NCBI GenBank assembly: GCA_046116545.1
Contig: CP175956.1
Location: 961,734 to 1,025,733, forward strand
Reading direction: 5' to 3'
Length of the DNA: 64,000 nucleotides
Source: Candidatus Moraniibacteriota bacterium
Lineage (GTDB): Bacteria; Patescibacteriota; Minisyncoccia; Moranbacterales; GCA-2747515
Numbering within the stretch: the stretch's first letter is position 1; each line of letters starts with the position of its first letter. This document shows positions 29,075-39,917 of this stretch, one piece after another. Made by a program: the position numbers and the translations under genes. Under the pieces are notes generated by a model that did not search any database, was not told the DNA's origin, and worked only from the letters and a program-made list of their open reading frames with translations.

Positions 29075-31045
29075 CTACTGCCAATACCCACTAGCATCAG
29101 AAGTGGCTGTGTATGTCACAGATCCAGTATAAACTCCTGAAGGTTGTGATGGTGATACATCTACTTTGTAACATACATCAGTTGTTGATGAAGTTGAATT
29201 ATATGCTGTGTATGCTGCTATTGCTTGAGCTGTTTGTGGTACACCTGCATATTCTGCATCATCATTTGTTGTTCCTTCTTCACACAGATCTCCTGAGGTT
29301 GTCCATATGTTATTGAAGGTGTTATGAGTTGTATCATTTTGTGGAAATTGTATTACTGAGAAACCTAAACCTTTTGTTGTTGGAGCGTTCCAAGATTCTG
29401 TTACTTTTGTTGTTTGATCAAATTGTGTTAGGTCTGGTATTTCATCTGTATTATTTGAATGTACTAGGGTTGTATTTGAAGCTCCATTATCATTTATCAT
29501 TGATAGGTAGTAACCTTGGGTATCATTTGTTGTTACTATACAAGTTGATTGTCCTACTGCTGGAGTTCCTGCTATTACTATTCCTGGGTTTGCTACTGTT
29601 CCTAGTATTACATCATAATCTCCTGTTGATCCATCTTTATCATAACAATCCATTGATAGGGTTGCATTTACTTCTACATTTAGGTTTAGGTCATCTATTC
29701 CTGATATTGTTCCATCTCCGTTTACAATATAAGTTGTTGCATGGTTTGTTGTGAATGTACATATTCCGTTTGTTACTGTACATGTTGTATGGGTATTCCA
29801 TGTTACTTCTCCTTCTAGTTGTGAAAGGACTTCTAGTTCCATATCATTGTAAGCTTCGCTTACAGTTATTTCCATTGTTATATCATTTGAGAAGGTTAGG
29901 TTTTCATTTGGTATACCTAATCTTACTGCTCCTACTGCATTTGGATGATCTCCTCTTTCTTCATTTAATGTATTTTGGGTTATGAAGTTTTCAAAGTTGA
30001 AGTTTCCATTTAATGCTTCTGTTATCACTGTATTATTTGGGAATATTGCATTTGTTGTGTTTGATTGAAATGTTACTTGTGCACTTGCTGTTATCTGAGT
30101 TGTTGAGTCTATTGTTCCGTTATCTACTGAGATGTAGCTATCATTTACTGCATCGTTTAATTGTGAACTGTCTGGATTATTTATCACTATATCCATTGGG
30201 CCTGAGTAATAAATTACCAAACGACCTTCATTACCTGGAAGTCCCACACTTCCACCAACTCCAATACCAATTTGATAATCAGAATCACTAGTATTAGCAG
30301 GAGTTATTCCAGAGCCTCCCTCAATAACTATATCATCTGCAGCCGGATCCACATGACTTGAACCTCCACCGCCTGACCGAACATTACCATTATTATAAAG
30401 TCCTGCATAACCACCATACCAACCAGCTCCACCACCGCCACCGCCACCGTCACCGTCACCTCCAATAAATTGTCCAGCACCACTTGATTGAGTTCCTCCT
30501 GCTCCACCATCACATCCTGCACCTGCAGATCCAATTAATCCTCCACCTGCTCCACCTGCTCCAGAACATTTATTAAAACAAGTGCCATCCTCAGCCTTCG
30601 TACCTCCTGCTCCACCACCACCAGCTGTTATGATTTCTGTAGAATCAGAATTACGAATAATACCACTTCGCCCACCACCACCAGCACGTCCAGACCCGCC
30701 ACCACCAAAACCCCCAGCTCCACCATCATGACCACCACCAGCTACAATAACTGTAAATGCACTCCCTGGAATTACATTAAACGTTCCTGTAGCATAACCA
30801 GCACCACCTCCAGGATAACCTGTTCCACTAGGACAAGAACTAGAAGCCCATGGATCTTCACCTGCGCCACCTCCACCCCAAGCTTTAATTTGAATTGAAT
30901 CACATCCAGTTGGTACTGTAAAATTTTGATTAATTCCACTATATTCAAAAACTTGACTACCTGGTTGACAACCAGCATGGGCTGGGGACATAAAGAAAAA
31001 TACACCAATGCATAATACCCCAGTTCCATATAATATTTTACTCAT
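29075..31045 (-). CDS. Secreted protein with an ALK/LTK-like glycine-rich domain (Gly_rich family) and a large Thr/Asn-rich C-terminal region
   Basis: Signal peptide (MSKILYGTGVLCIGVFFFMSPAHA). Then FEYSGINQNFTVPTGCDSIQIKAWGGGGAG... and long poly-Gly blocks typical of the bacterial Gly_rich domain. Confidence 0.5.
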   Translation of the reverse strand: MSKILYGTGVLCIGVFFFMSPAHAGCQPGSQVFEYSGINQNFTVPTGCDSIQIKAWGGGGAGEDPWASSSCPSGTGYPGGGAGYATGTFNVIPGSAFTVIVAGGGHDGGAGGFGGGGSGRAGGGGRSGIIRNSDSTEIITAGGGGAGGTKAEDGTCFNKCSGAGGAGGGLIGSAGAGCDGGAGGTQSSGAGQFIGGDGDGGGGGGGAGWYGGYAGLYNNGNVRSGGGGSSHVDPAADDIVIEGGSGITPANTSDSDYQIGIGVGGSVGLPGNEGRLVIYYSGPMDIVINNPDSSQLNDAVNDSYISVDNGTIDSTTQITASAQVTFQSNTTNAIFPNNTVITEALNGNFNFENFITQNTLNEERGDHPNAVGAVRLGIPNENLTFSNDITMEITVSEAYNDMELEVLSQLEGEVTWNTHTTCTVTNGICTFTTNHATTYIVNGDGTISGIDDLNLNVEVNATLSMDCYDKDGSTGDYDVILGTVANPGIVIAGTPAVGQSTCIVTTNDTQGYYLSMINDNGASNTTLVHSNNTDEIPDLTQFDQTTKVTESWNAPTTKGLGFSVIQFPQNDTTHNTFNNIWTTSGDLCEEGTTNDDAEYAGVPQTAQAIAAYTAYNSTSSTTDVCYKVDVSPSQPSGVYTGSVTYTATSDASGYWQ

Positions 31046-31250
31046 ATATTTTTATATTATTTTATCCTTTTATTAGTATATCATATATTTTCATCTTTAT
31101 AAAAAATATATTTGAGTCAACTTTATTTTATTAATATCTTTCTCTTTATACTATCCACATGTGACATATGTTTTTAGTTTAAATCATTATGTTTGTAATC
31201 ACCTCATAAAAAGTGATATACTAGATATTATAAATACGTAATATTTTTCT

Positions 31251-32588
31251 ATGAATAAAGAAATTTTTAAAGCATATGATGTTCGAGGAATTTACCCAAC
31301 TGATATTGATGAAGATGCTGTTTATAAAATTGGTCGTGCTATTGTAGCTGAACTTGATGCAAAATCATTGGCAGTTGGACGAGATGCTCGTGAATCTGGA
31401 CCTGCACTTCATACAGCACTTATAAATGGAATCACTGATGCTGGATGTGATGTTATTGATTTAAATATGATTACTACTCCCATGCTTTATTTTTCATCAC
31501 ATCAATTGGATGTTGATGGTGCTGTAGCTGTTACAGCATCTCACAATCCTGGTCAATATAATGGGATAAAGGTTTGTCGTAAAAATGCAGTTCCCGTAGG
31601 CAGTGCTAGTGGACTTAATAATATACGAGATGCTGTTATTACCAATGATTTTGATGCAGTTACAAATATTGGTATTGTTTCTCAACATGACATTAAACCA
31701 AACTATTATGAATACTTCAGCAAATTTGCTAACTTCGGAGATCGAAAATTCACTATTGTAGTTGACTGTGCAAATACAATGGGAATACTTGAGCTTCCCT
31801 TTTACAAAAAAGAATTTGCGGATAACTTTGATGTTATTGAACTTTATTGTGATTTGGACAATGCCTACAATGCACATGAAGCAAATCCCCTAAATACTGA
31901 TACTCTCGGAGAATTACAAACAAAAGTTATTGAAGAAGGTGCTGATCTTGGAATTGCATATGACGGTGATGCGGACCGCATCGGTTTCGTAGATGAAACT
32001 GGAGCTATTATCCCAATGGACTTAACAACAGGATTAATTGCAAAAGTATTATTGGAAACAAATCCTGATTCAACAATTTTGTATGATCTTCGTTCATCCC
32101 GAGCTGTCAAAGAAGTTATCGAAGAAAATGACGGAATTGCACATGAATGCCGCGTTGGTCATGCATTTATCAAACAACAAATGATTGAAGAAAATGCATT
32201 ATTTGCCGGTGAACTTTCTGGACATTATTATTTTCAAGCAAATAAAAATGGTGAGGTTAGCACACTTGCAGCATTTACACTCCTAAATCTAATGACTGAA
32301 ACAAATAAAAAAATCTCAGAATTAATAAAAGACTTACGACGATATAGCCACAGTGGTGAAATAAATTCAGATGTCCAAGATAAAGATTCTATTATTGCAA
32401 AACTAAAAGAAAAATATTCTGATGGAGAGCTTTCTGAATTAGATGGTATTAAAATAGATTTTCCAGATTGGTGGTTTAATGTACGAGCATCAAATACAGA
32501 GCCAGTTCTACGGCTAAATTGTGAAGCTAAAACCCAGGAGCAAATGGAAGAAAAACGAGACGAACTACTTGCAATCATCAGAGGATAG
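31251..32588 (+). CDS. Phosphohexomutase (phosphoglucomutase / phosphomannomutase family)
   Basis: Active-site loop TASHNPGQYNGIK, metal-binding DGDADR, sugar-binding GELSGH. Confidence 0.8.
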   Translation: MNKEIFKAYDVRGIYPTDIDEDAVYKIGRAIVAELDAKSLAVGRDARESGPALHTALINGITDAGCDVIDLNMITTPMLYFSSHQLDVDGAVAVTASHNPGQYNGIKVCRKNAVPVGSASGLNNIRDAVITNDFDAVTNIGIVSQHDIKPNYYEYFSKFANFGDRKFTIVVDCANTMGILELPFYKKEFADNFDVIELYCDLDNAYNAHEANPLNTDTLGELQTKVIEEGADLGIAYDGDADRIGFVDETGAIIPMDLTTGLIAKVLLETNPDSTILYDLRSSRAVKEVIEENDGIAHECRVGHAFIKQQMIEENALFAGELSGHYYFQANKNGEVSTLAAFTLLNLMTETNKKISELIKDLRRYSHSGEINSDVQDKDSIIAKLKEKYSDGELSELDGIKIDFPDWWFNVRASNTEPVLRLNCEAKTQEQMEEKRDELLAIIRG

Positions 32589-32666
32589 CTCAACCTCATA
32601 TAAATAAAAATTACCATTTTAATTACATAATTAAAATGGTAATTTTATATTTTCAATCTCAACTAT

Positions 32667-33650
32667 CTACACAACAAATCCGATTTTTTCTTTCACATCC
32701 TTCATTTTTTGTTCAGCTTGCTCATTTGCTTTTTTTGCACCTCTGCTCAAAATTTCTTTTATCGCCTCATCGCTAATATTATTTACTTTTTGCTGAAATG
32801 GTTCCAAAAACTCAATAATTACTTCCGCTAATTCATTTTTAAAATCTCCATATCCCTTTCCTTGATATTTTTGTTCAATTTCTTCTGTTTTCTTATTTGA
32901 TAACAATGAATAAATGTTTATCAAGTTTTGCAATGCTGGTTTGTCATCACTGTAAATAATTTCACTACCACTATCAGTTACTGCTTTTTTAATCTTCTTA
33001 CGCACAACATCAGCATCATCCATAAGTGTAATATAATTATATTCACTTGTTGCAGATTTACTCATTTTTTTACTAGGATCATCAAGTCCCATAATTCTCT
33101 TACCTTCTTCTGATAAAACTGGTTGTGGAACCATGAATGTATTACCGAATTTCTTGTTAAATCTACGTGCTAATGTACGAGCTAATTCAACATGTTGCAC
33201 TTGATCCTCACCAACTGGCACAACATCAGTATCATACAAAATAATATCAGCAGCCATAAGTACTGGATAATCAAAAAGTCCCACACTAGATCTCTCAGAG
33301 CCCTCCTTATTACTCTTATCTTTAAACTGCGTCATTTTTTCCATATCCCCCATTCGTGCGGCCACACAATTCAAAATCCAACAAAGTTCTGAATGAGCAC
33401 TTACATCAGACTGTACAAAAATATTTGATTTTTCTGGATCAATGCCAAGTGCTACATACATCTTTGCAACATCTAAAATCCTTCTATTTAATTCTTCTGG
33501 ATTTTGTCCTACAGTTATAGCATGTAAATCAACAATACAAAAAGTTGCATCATACTCATCTTGCATTTTAACCCAGTTTTTTATAGCTCCTAAATAATTT
33601 CCCAAATGTAAATCACCACTAGGCTGTACTCCCGAAAATGTCTTTTTCAT
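32667..33650 (-). CDS. trpS: Tryptophan--tRNA ligase
   Basis: Class I motifs HLGN (HIGH) and KMSKS. 327 aa. Confidence 0.85.
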   Translation of the reverse strand: MKKTFSGVQPSGDLHLGNYLGAIKNWVKMQDEYDATFCIVDLHAITVGQNPEELNRRILDVAKMYVALGIDPEKSNIFVQSDVSAHSELCWILNCVAARMGDMEKMTQFKDKSNKEGSERSSVGLFDYPVLMAADIILYDTDVVPVGEDQVQHVELARTLARRFNKKFGNTFMVPQPVLSEEGKRIMGLDDPSKKMSKSATSEYNYITLMDDADVVRKKIKKAVTDSGSEIIYSDDKPALQNLINIYSLLSNKKTEEIEQKYQGKGYGDFKNELAEVIIEFLEPFQQKVNNISDEAIKEILSRGAKKANEQAEQKMKDVKEKIGFVV

Positions 33651-33739
33651 AATATTTTATTTAATATTTCAATGCCTCAATTGTAACATAATAAAAAGAA
33701 CACCTACAAGAGGTGTCCTTTTTTATATTCAAGTAAAAA

Positions 33740-35764
33740 CTATACTTCAATAACAACTGGAAGAACCATTGGTCTTCGTTGTGTCTTTTGAAATAAGAAT
33801 TCACCAACTCTATCACGGATATCAGTTTCAACTTGTCTATAATCCATTTTAGAATCAGTACTAGTTGTTTTTTTGATGACATCTCTAACTTTTCTTTTTG
33901 TATCATTAATTAAGTCAAAGTTATCTTTAACATAAATAAATCCACGAGAAGTTATTTGCATATTCCCAACAACTTGTTTAGTTTTACTATCAATAAGTAC
34001 AGTGATTACATACATACCATCTTCAGCAAGCATTTGTCTGTCTCTAAGTACAACATGACCAATATCACCCACACCAAGACCGTCCACAAATACATAGCTA
34101 GAATCAGCTTTTTCCTTACGGATTTTAACTCCTGTTTTTCTAAATTCTATAATACTACCATTATCCAAAATCGCAATACGCTTTGGAGGAAATCCATCTG
34201 CAATAGCAAGTTTAGAAGCTTCTTTCAACATAAAGTAATTTGCATAAATAGGAATGAAATATTGTGGCTGCACCATTTTTATCATTTTTTGAATATCCTG
34301 CTTTGTTGCATGTCCACTAGTATGGATGTCTGCCATAATACTAGAATGCACAACATTATCACATTTTCTGTACAAATTATCTTTCAACCGCTGTACTGAC
34401 CTTTCATTTCCAGGTATAACAGATGAAGAAAATACTATTGTATCTGATTTTTTAATCTTAATGAATCTATGATTATCAGTAACTATCCTATTAAGAACTG
34501 CATTATGCTCTCCTTGAGCACCTGTGCAAAGCACTATGACCTTATTATCAGGATATTTCTCAATATCATTTATAGGTATCAATAGATCTTTTGCAACATC
34601 CAAGTAACCCAAATTTTGAGCAACTTCAACATTAGTTCTCATTGAGTATCCATCAAGCGCAACTCTTTTACCTAATTTACTAGCGTATTGAAGCAATAAT
34701 TTAATACGTTTAATCTGTGAAGAAAAAGTTGCTATGACAATACGACCTTTTGCATCTCTAATAAGAGTTTCTATATTTCCTTGTACCTCTTTTTCGCTCT
34801 TTGATTCTGAAGACATAACACCTAAACTCTCGAGCATAAGAATTCTAGGTTCTGGAAAATCTTTCAATTTTTCATATGAAATAACACTCCCATCTGCAGG
34901 GTCATTACTAATCATCCAATCACCTAAATGAATTGGAGTTCCAACTGGTGTTACAAGTGCAACTCCCATAGAATCCATAATTGAATGTTCTACTTCAAAA
35001 AAGTTTGCCATGAATGCACCAAGTCTAATTTTCCTATCAATATTTTTAACACTGATAGTCCGTATTTTATCACTTCCACCAGGATTACCATCTTCTAATT
35101 TCTTTTTTATTAAAGCCAATGTTAGATCACGAGCAATTACTGGAGGATACCCTAGTTCTTTTAATAAAACTGAAGCAGCACCAATGTGATCAAGATGTCC
35201 ATGTGTAAAAATCACACCACGTATATTTTGTTCTTTCCCTTTTAGATAGTTTATATTTGGAACTATATAATCAATCCCAGGCATATCTTCTTCTGGAAAT
35301 TGCATCCCCATATCAACTATAACTATGTCTTTTCCATATTCAAAAACTGTCATATTACGCCCTACCTCTTCCTGACCACCAATAGGTATAATACGAAGTG
35401 TCTCTTTTTCTACTTTTGGAATTTTAAATTCTCTTCCATCTCCATTTGAATTAGTTGAAGATACTATTCTTTCAGCATTAGTCTGAACCATTTGCCTTCT
35501 ACCACCTCTTTTTTTACCATGCTTCTTAGTTGCTTTTTTTGTAGCTTTCTTTGTGATTTTTTTTGAAGCATATTTTAAAGTAGTTTTTTTCGTACCTTGG
35601 ACACTAGTCTTTTTTGTAGTTTTTTTAAATGCTTTTTTATTTTGCTCACTTTTTTTCTTTGCATTTTCACGAGCTTTTTCTGCATTTTTCTGTGCAGTTC
35701 TACTTACAGCTCCTGTAGTTTTTTGTAAACTTGAGCTATTAGTATTTCTTGTTTTTTTTATCAT
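33740..35764 (-). CDS. rnj: Ribonuclease J with a ~110-aa lysine-rich N-terminal extension
   Basis: Metallo-beta-lactamase motif HGHLDHIG, beta-CASP and C-terminal domains. N-terminus KKTTKKTSVQGTKKTTLKYASKKITKKATKKATKKHGKKRGGRR. Confidence 0.8.
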   Translation of the reverse strand: MIKKTRNTNSSSLQKTTGAVSRTAQKNAEKARENAKKKSEQNKKAFKKTTKKTSVQGTKKTTLKYASKKITKKATKKATKKHGKKRGGRRQMVQTNAERIVSSTNSNGDGREFKIPKVEKETLRIIPIGGQEEVGRNMTVFEYGKDIVIVDMGMQFPEEDMPGIDYIVPNINYLKGKEQNIRGVIFTHGHLDHIGAASVLLKELGYPPVIARDLTLALIKKKLEDGNPGGSDKIRTISVKNIDRKIRLGAFMANFFEVEHSIMDSMGVALVTPVGTPIHLGDWMISNDPADGSVISYEKLKDFPEPRILMLESLGVMSSESKSEKEVQGNIETLIRDAKGRIVIATFSSQIKRIKLLLQYASKLGKRVALDGYSMRTNVEVAQNLGYLDVAKDLLIPINDIEKYPDNKVIVLCTGAQGEHNAVLNRIVTDNHRFIKIKKSDTIVFSSSVIPGNERSVQRLKDNLYRKCDNVVHSSIMADIHTSGHATKQDIQKMIKMVQPQYFIPIYANYFMLKEASKLAIADGFPPKRIAILDNGSIIEFRKTGVKIRKEKADSSYVFVDGLGVGDIGHVVLRDRQMLAEDGMYVITVLIDSKTKQVVGNMQITSRGFIYVKDNFDLINDTKRKVRDVIKKTTSTDSKMDYRQVETDIRDRVGEFLFQKTQRRPMVLPVVIEV

Positions 35765-36166
35765 AAATAAAATATGTAAATATATTCTAACCGAATAAAA
35801 TCAAAAGAATAATTTACAATAATAAATTTCGTTAATTAAATTAGTTCTCTATAGAAATTACTATAAATAAAATTTCTGTAGAGATTTACCATTATATAAA
35901 TAAAAGTTTGTTTTACAATATATTTTTTGAAAAATAATTTCGACCTTTTCAAAAAATATATAGTTTTTGCTTTATAATGTGTATCTTGTAAGAGATTCGA
36001 ACTCTACCAAATTTAAAAATTAAATTTGTACCAATGCTTTCATGCATTCAAGATAAAATACATCAAATCCTTTTAGAAAATGAAAGATGTATTATTTTGT
36101 AGCTTAGAAGAAACCTTTATAATCTACTAACTATAGCACGATTCCCAGCTATTTGCAATAGTGAAA

Positions 36167-37189
36167 TTACTTCAATGCCTTTTTAAAGTCTTCCACCATA
36201 TCAACTGGTGTTGGATCTTGATTGTACTCCAATGCTAGATAATATGAAATCCAATCACTTAACGCAATTGTCACAAATGCACGATATAATATATCTCCCT
36301 CTGGAATATCAATAATTTCTGTCTCTACACCCTTTTCTTCCAAAAACTTAGCCGTTGCTTCATATCGCAATAAATTACGTGGATGATCATCACTATCTCG
36401 TAACATTAACACATAAAATTTTGATTGTGGATTCGTAAACCCAACAAACTCATTATGATTTAACTCTGGAAAATAATTCCAAAATGCTGGAGTCTTGGCA
36501 TTTTCATTAATTTTAATCTTCCAAATCATTGCTAACGCCTTAAATTTTGTGGACGCATATACTACAGGCGTCTTACCTACAAGACGTTTTGCGATCTCTT
36601 TCCCTTGTATTTCCAACTGTGCAATCCCTTCTTTAAGATTATCTGTCATAGATTTATTGGCAATTGCATCCTGTGATAACTTCCCTGCATTTACCAATAA
36701 TTGAATCATTACTGCCACAAAATGACCTGTTGCTGTTCGTGGTTGAAAATTTTCATATGGAATTGGTAACTTTATATGTGGAACCCCATTTTTTTTACAC
36801 ATTTCTTCTACAGTACCTCCTGCAGAAATCCCAATGCATGGCAAATTATTATCCAAAGCCTCTTGAAAAGAAGCTATCGTTTCTTCTGTATTTCCTGAAT
36901 GTGAACAAATCAAGTTCAAACAATCTACATATGCTTCTGGTGGTAAAGAATAAAATCTATTTTGATATACATCAACCTTTACATAATTCTTGTATTGTAA
37001 CGCAAACTCATTGATATACATTCGTAATACATTTGCTGGCAAAGCACTACCACCCATTCCAGAAATCATAATACGTGAAAAATCGGCGTTTACAGTAATG
37101 TCTTTTGCTGCTGCAAACCCCTCAGCAAATTGTTCTGAAGTTGATAAAATTACACGACGCAAATCACTTTTATCTATTTTATTATTCAT
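36167..37189 (-). CDS. Bifunctional phosphoglucose / phosphomannose isomerase (SIS-domain, archaeal-type PGI/PMI)
   Basis: ISGMGGSALPANVL SIS motif. 340 aa. Confidence 0.7.
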   Translation of the reverse strand: MNNKIDKSDLRRVILSTSEQFAEGFAAAKDITVNADFSRIMISGMGGSALPANVLRMYINEFALQYKNYVKVDVYQNRFYSLPPEAYVDCLNLICSHSGNTEETIASFQEALDNNLPCIGISAGGTVEEMCKKNGVPHIKLPIPYENFQPRTATGHFVAVMIQLLVNAGKLSQDAIANKSMTDNLKEGIAQLEIQGKEIAKRLVGKTPVVYASTKFKALAMIWKIKINENAKTPAFWNYFPELNHNEFVGFTNPQSKFYVLMLRDSDDHPRNLLRYEATAKFLEEKGVETEIIDIPEGDILYRAFVTIALSDWISYYLALEYNQDPTPVDMVEDFKKALK

Positions 37190-37305
37190 GTTATTTATTT
37201 TATTAAATTGCTTTGCAGCATCAAATACTGTTCAACAATTTTCACTTTTAATAATTATTTTTTATATTTCATCATTCCATTACCCAACTTACTATACCCT
37301 TAACA

Positions 37306-39033
37306 TTATTTTCTCACTCGTTTCTCTTTCACAAACCAGTTAATTATATCTGAATAACGATCATATGATGCATTAACTCTTTGCGTATTCATACCTTTCA
37401 CAACTTCACTATGCATGAAAGATAATTTTGGTGAAAAAAGAAATATAGCTGGATTTTCTTCTTTTAGCCTAATTTGTTGTTTTTTATAAGACTCATTCTT
37501 GTCATTTTCATCCTTAATCATTCTAAAATCATTCAATGTTGTATTCATCTCATCATCATCAAATAAAGCATAATTCATTCCTGGATCACTCTTTTCATCT
37601 CCATGCCACAAAGGATTTAAACTTGGCTCAAATCTCATCTGATGTGCATACAAAAGAGCATCATAATCTCGTGGCTTAATGATGTTTGAATTCAAATCAC
37701 CTTTTTCATGTTCCTGCACACTCACGTCAACACCAATCTCTTTCCACTGATTCTTCAATTCTTGCGCAACTTTCTTTATTTGTTCGTGATTATTCCCAAC
37801 ATGTAAAACAAACTTCAACTTATCATCACCCTTCACACGAAATCCATCATCTCCCATTTTCCAACCCTTATCATCCAACAATTTATTTGCTGCTTCAATA
37901 TTAAATTTTTCTTGCTGATTTTCTTCATCAAATCCAACAACACCTTCTGCGAATGGAGAATGCCTCGTATTTGCATGGTCTTCAAAAATTGTTTGTACAA
38001 TTTGATCTCTATTCGTAGCCATTGATAATGCTTCTCGTACTTCATCAAATGCCAACGGAACACTCTTTGTTTGATTTAAGAATACAGCAAAATAATGCGG
38101 CAACTCCATTTCTTTATTTTGTGCCAAAGTCTCCAACCTACTTACATGTTCCTGATTATCAACAACAACTGCTGAGACGCTACCATCAATATAAGCCTCC
38201 ACAGCCTCTGCTCTAGTTGGATAAAAATTTGCTACAAATTTTGTAATAAATGGTTCTTTTATATAATATTCTTTATTAGATCTAAGTATATATGCTGTGA
38301 TTGTCTCGTTGTCTACGTCAATATCAAAATCAACAAATTCATACGGACCTGAACCAATTGGTTTTTGATTATATTCAGATAATTGAAATTTATCTGGAGA
38401 TATATCTTCCCAAACATGTTTTGGCAATAATCCCATAGTTAAATTATGCAAAAAATCACTATCACCTTCTTTTAATTTAAATTTTATAGTTCTATCATCT
38501 ATTTTTTCAACTTGAACATCACTCCATAATAATCTCATTTCATTACTAACACCAGCTGCTCCATATTCTATATTGCTTACTATATTGGCCGTAAACAATA
38601 CATCATCAGATGTAACCTTCACACCATCATGCCAAAAAACATTATCTTTTAAAAATATTGTATATTCTCTCAAGTCATCACTTTTCTCAAATCTTTCTGC
38701 TATTTGTCCTATTAATACACCATTCTCATCATAATCAAACAATCCGTCAAAAATCAATTCTGACAAACTTTTATCTGAAGATGATGAATGTGACAAAAGT
38801 GGATTTATATACCTAGGTTGACCAACAAAAGCCTCCACATATTTACCTCCACTTGAAGGCTGCGCAACTGTTACGAAGTTATAAATTGATATCATCCACC
38901 AAAAAAAACTACCTACTATTAACGCCACTAGAAAAATTACAAACATTTTTCCAACAACAGACAACTCTTTCGTTGCATAAAAAAGCTTTTTGGGAGATAA
39001 AATTGTACTTAAAATTGAAGATTTTATAAACAA
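37306..39033 (-). CDS. ABC transporter substrate-binding protein, family 5 (oligopeptide-binding OppA-like), membrane-anchored
   Basis: 575 aa. N-terminal TM anchor followed by SBP_bac_5-like architecture. Confidence 0.6.
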   Translation of the reverse strand: MFIKSSILSTILSPKKLFYATKELSVVGKMFVIFLVALIVGSFFWWMISIYNFVTVAQPSSGGKYVEAFVGQPRYINPLLSHSSSSDKSLSELIFDGLFDYDENGVLIGQIAERFEKSDDLREYTIFLKDNVFWHDGVKVTSDDVLFTANIVSNIEYGAAGVSNEMRLLWSDVQVEKIDDRTIKFKLKEGDSDFLHNLTMGLLPKHVWEDISPDKFQLSEYNQKPIGSGPYEFVDFDIDVDNETITAYILRSNKEYYIKEPFITKFVANFYPTRAEAVEAYIDGSVSAVVVDNQEHVSRLETLAQNKEMELPHYFAVFLNQTKSVPLAFDEVREALSMATNRDQIVQTIFEDHANTRHSPFAEGVVGFDEENQQEKFNIEAANKLLDDKGWKMGDDGFRVKGDDKLKFVLHVGNNHEQIKKVAQELKNQWKEIGVDVSVQEHEKGDLNSNIIKPRDYDALLYAHQMRFEPSLNPLWHGDEKSDPGMNYALFDDDEMNTTLNDFRMIKDENDKNESYKKQQIRLKEENPAIFLFSPKLSFMHSEVVKGMNTQRVNASYDRYSDIINWFVKEKRVRK

Positions 39034-39061
39034 GTATTACATATTATACACAATCATATTG

Positions 39062-39280
39062 CTATGAACTGACACGTGCGATTGTAAGTGCAATCCCTAG
39101 AAATAACACTGATAATACCACTGTAGATCGTGTTAAAAATTTTTCAAAACCACGCTTAGTATGGTATGAGCCACTAAAATCACCAGCAACCACACCCAAA
39201 CCTTCTCCTTTGTTTTGCATTAAAATCACAACTACAAGTAGTATTGATACAATAGCCTGAATCATTAATAATGTTTTCAT
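39062..39280 (-). CDS. secG: Preprotein translocase subunit SecG
   Basis: 72 aa. Two TM segments and the LMQNKGEGLG motif. Confidence 0.7.
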   Translation of the reverse strand: MKTLLMIQAIVSILLVVVILMQNKGEGLGVVAGDFSGSYHTKRGFEKFLTRSTVVLSVLFLGIALTIARVSS

Positions 39281-39428
39281 TTCAAAATTTCTTAATTCTA
39301 TCTTTAATTCTTAAGATGATACTATAGTATACTTAAAAAGTCAAAATAAAATATATATTTAAATAGAAAATAAAAACCCTTCTCCCAAATATCATATATT
39401 TGTAAAAAAGGATTTTAAAGTATATCGT

Positions 39429-39881
39429 CTAACGCTTGCTCCATTGTGGTGAACGACGAGCCTTCCTAAGTCCTGGCTTTTTACGCTCAACTTTACGTGC
39501 ATCTCTAGTTAATAATCCATCAGCCTTAAGCGATGGTCTCAATGTTTCATCATATTTTACTAAAGCACGAGCAATCCCTAATTTTACAGCATCTGCTTGA
39601 CCTGAAATACCTCCGCCTTTCACAAGTACAGAAACAGCACATTTTTCATCCATTCCAGCAACTTTCAATGCTTGCAAAAAAGCATCCTTTTGTGTATCTG
39701 TATGAAAATATTCAGTATATTTTTTACCATTAACAATAAGTCCATCCTCAGTTACAGCATCCTTACCATCACAATAAATACGAATTTGCGCAGTAGCTGT
39801 CTTTCGACGACCTACTCCATAGTGATAAGTTCCTGTAAAGAACTTATTATCTGATTTTTTTACCTTATCTTTTGTTACCAT
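39429..39881 (-). CDS. rpsI: 30S ribosomal protein S9
   Basis: C-terminal KARRSPQWSKR, GGGISGQADA. Confidence 0.9.
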   Translation of the reverse strand: MVTKDKVKKSDNKFFTGTYHYGVGRRKTATAQIRIYCDGKDAVTEDGLIVNGKKYTEYFHTDTQKDAFLQALKVAGMDEKCAVSVLVKGGGISGQADAVKLGIARALVKYDETLRPSLKADGLLTRDARKVERKKPGLRKARRSPQWSKR

Positions 39882-39917
39882 AATTCTTATTAAATATATC
39901 GATTATACGCTGATAAA

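Noticed and set aside
29113-30291. Plus-strand Leu-rich ORFs antisense to the glycine-rich protein gene
   Set aside because: Antisense reading of GGN/ACN-rich codons. No motifs. Fully contained in the 656-aa minus-strand gene.
33661-33906. 81-aa minus-strand ORF overlapping the RNase J 3' end
   Set aside because: It overlaps a confidently called gene in another frame, and its composition is low-complexity.
35990-36015. Near-palindrome agagattcgaactct in the RNase J leader as a restriction or operator site
   Set aside because: It is imperfect (agaga/agagt) and occurs only once. It is noted only as part of the structured leader.
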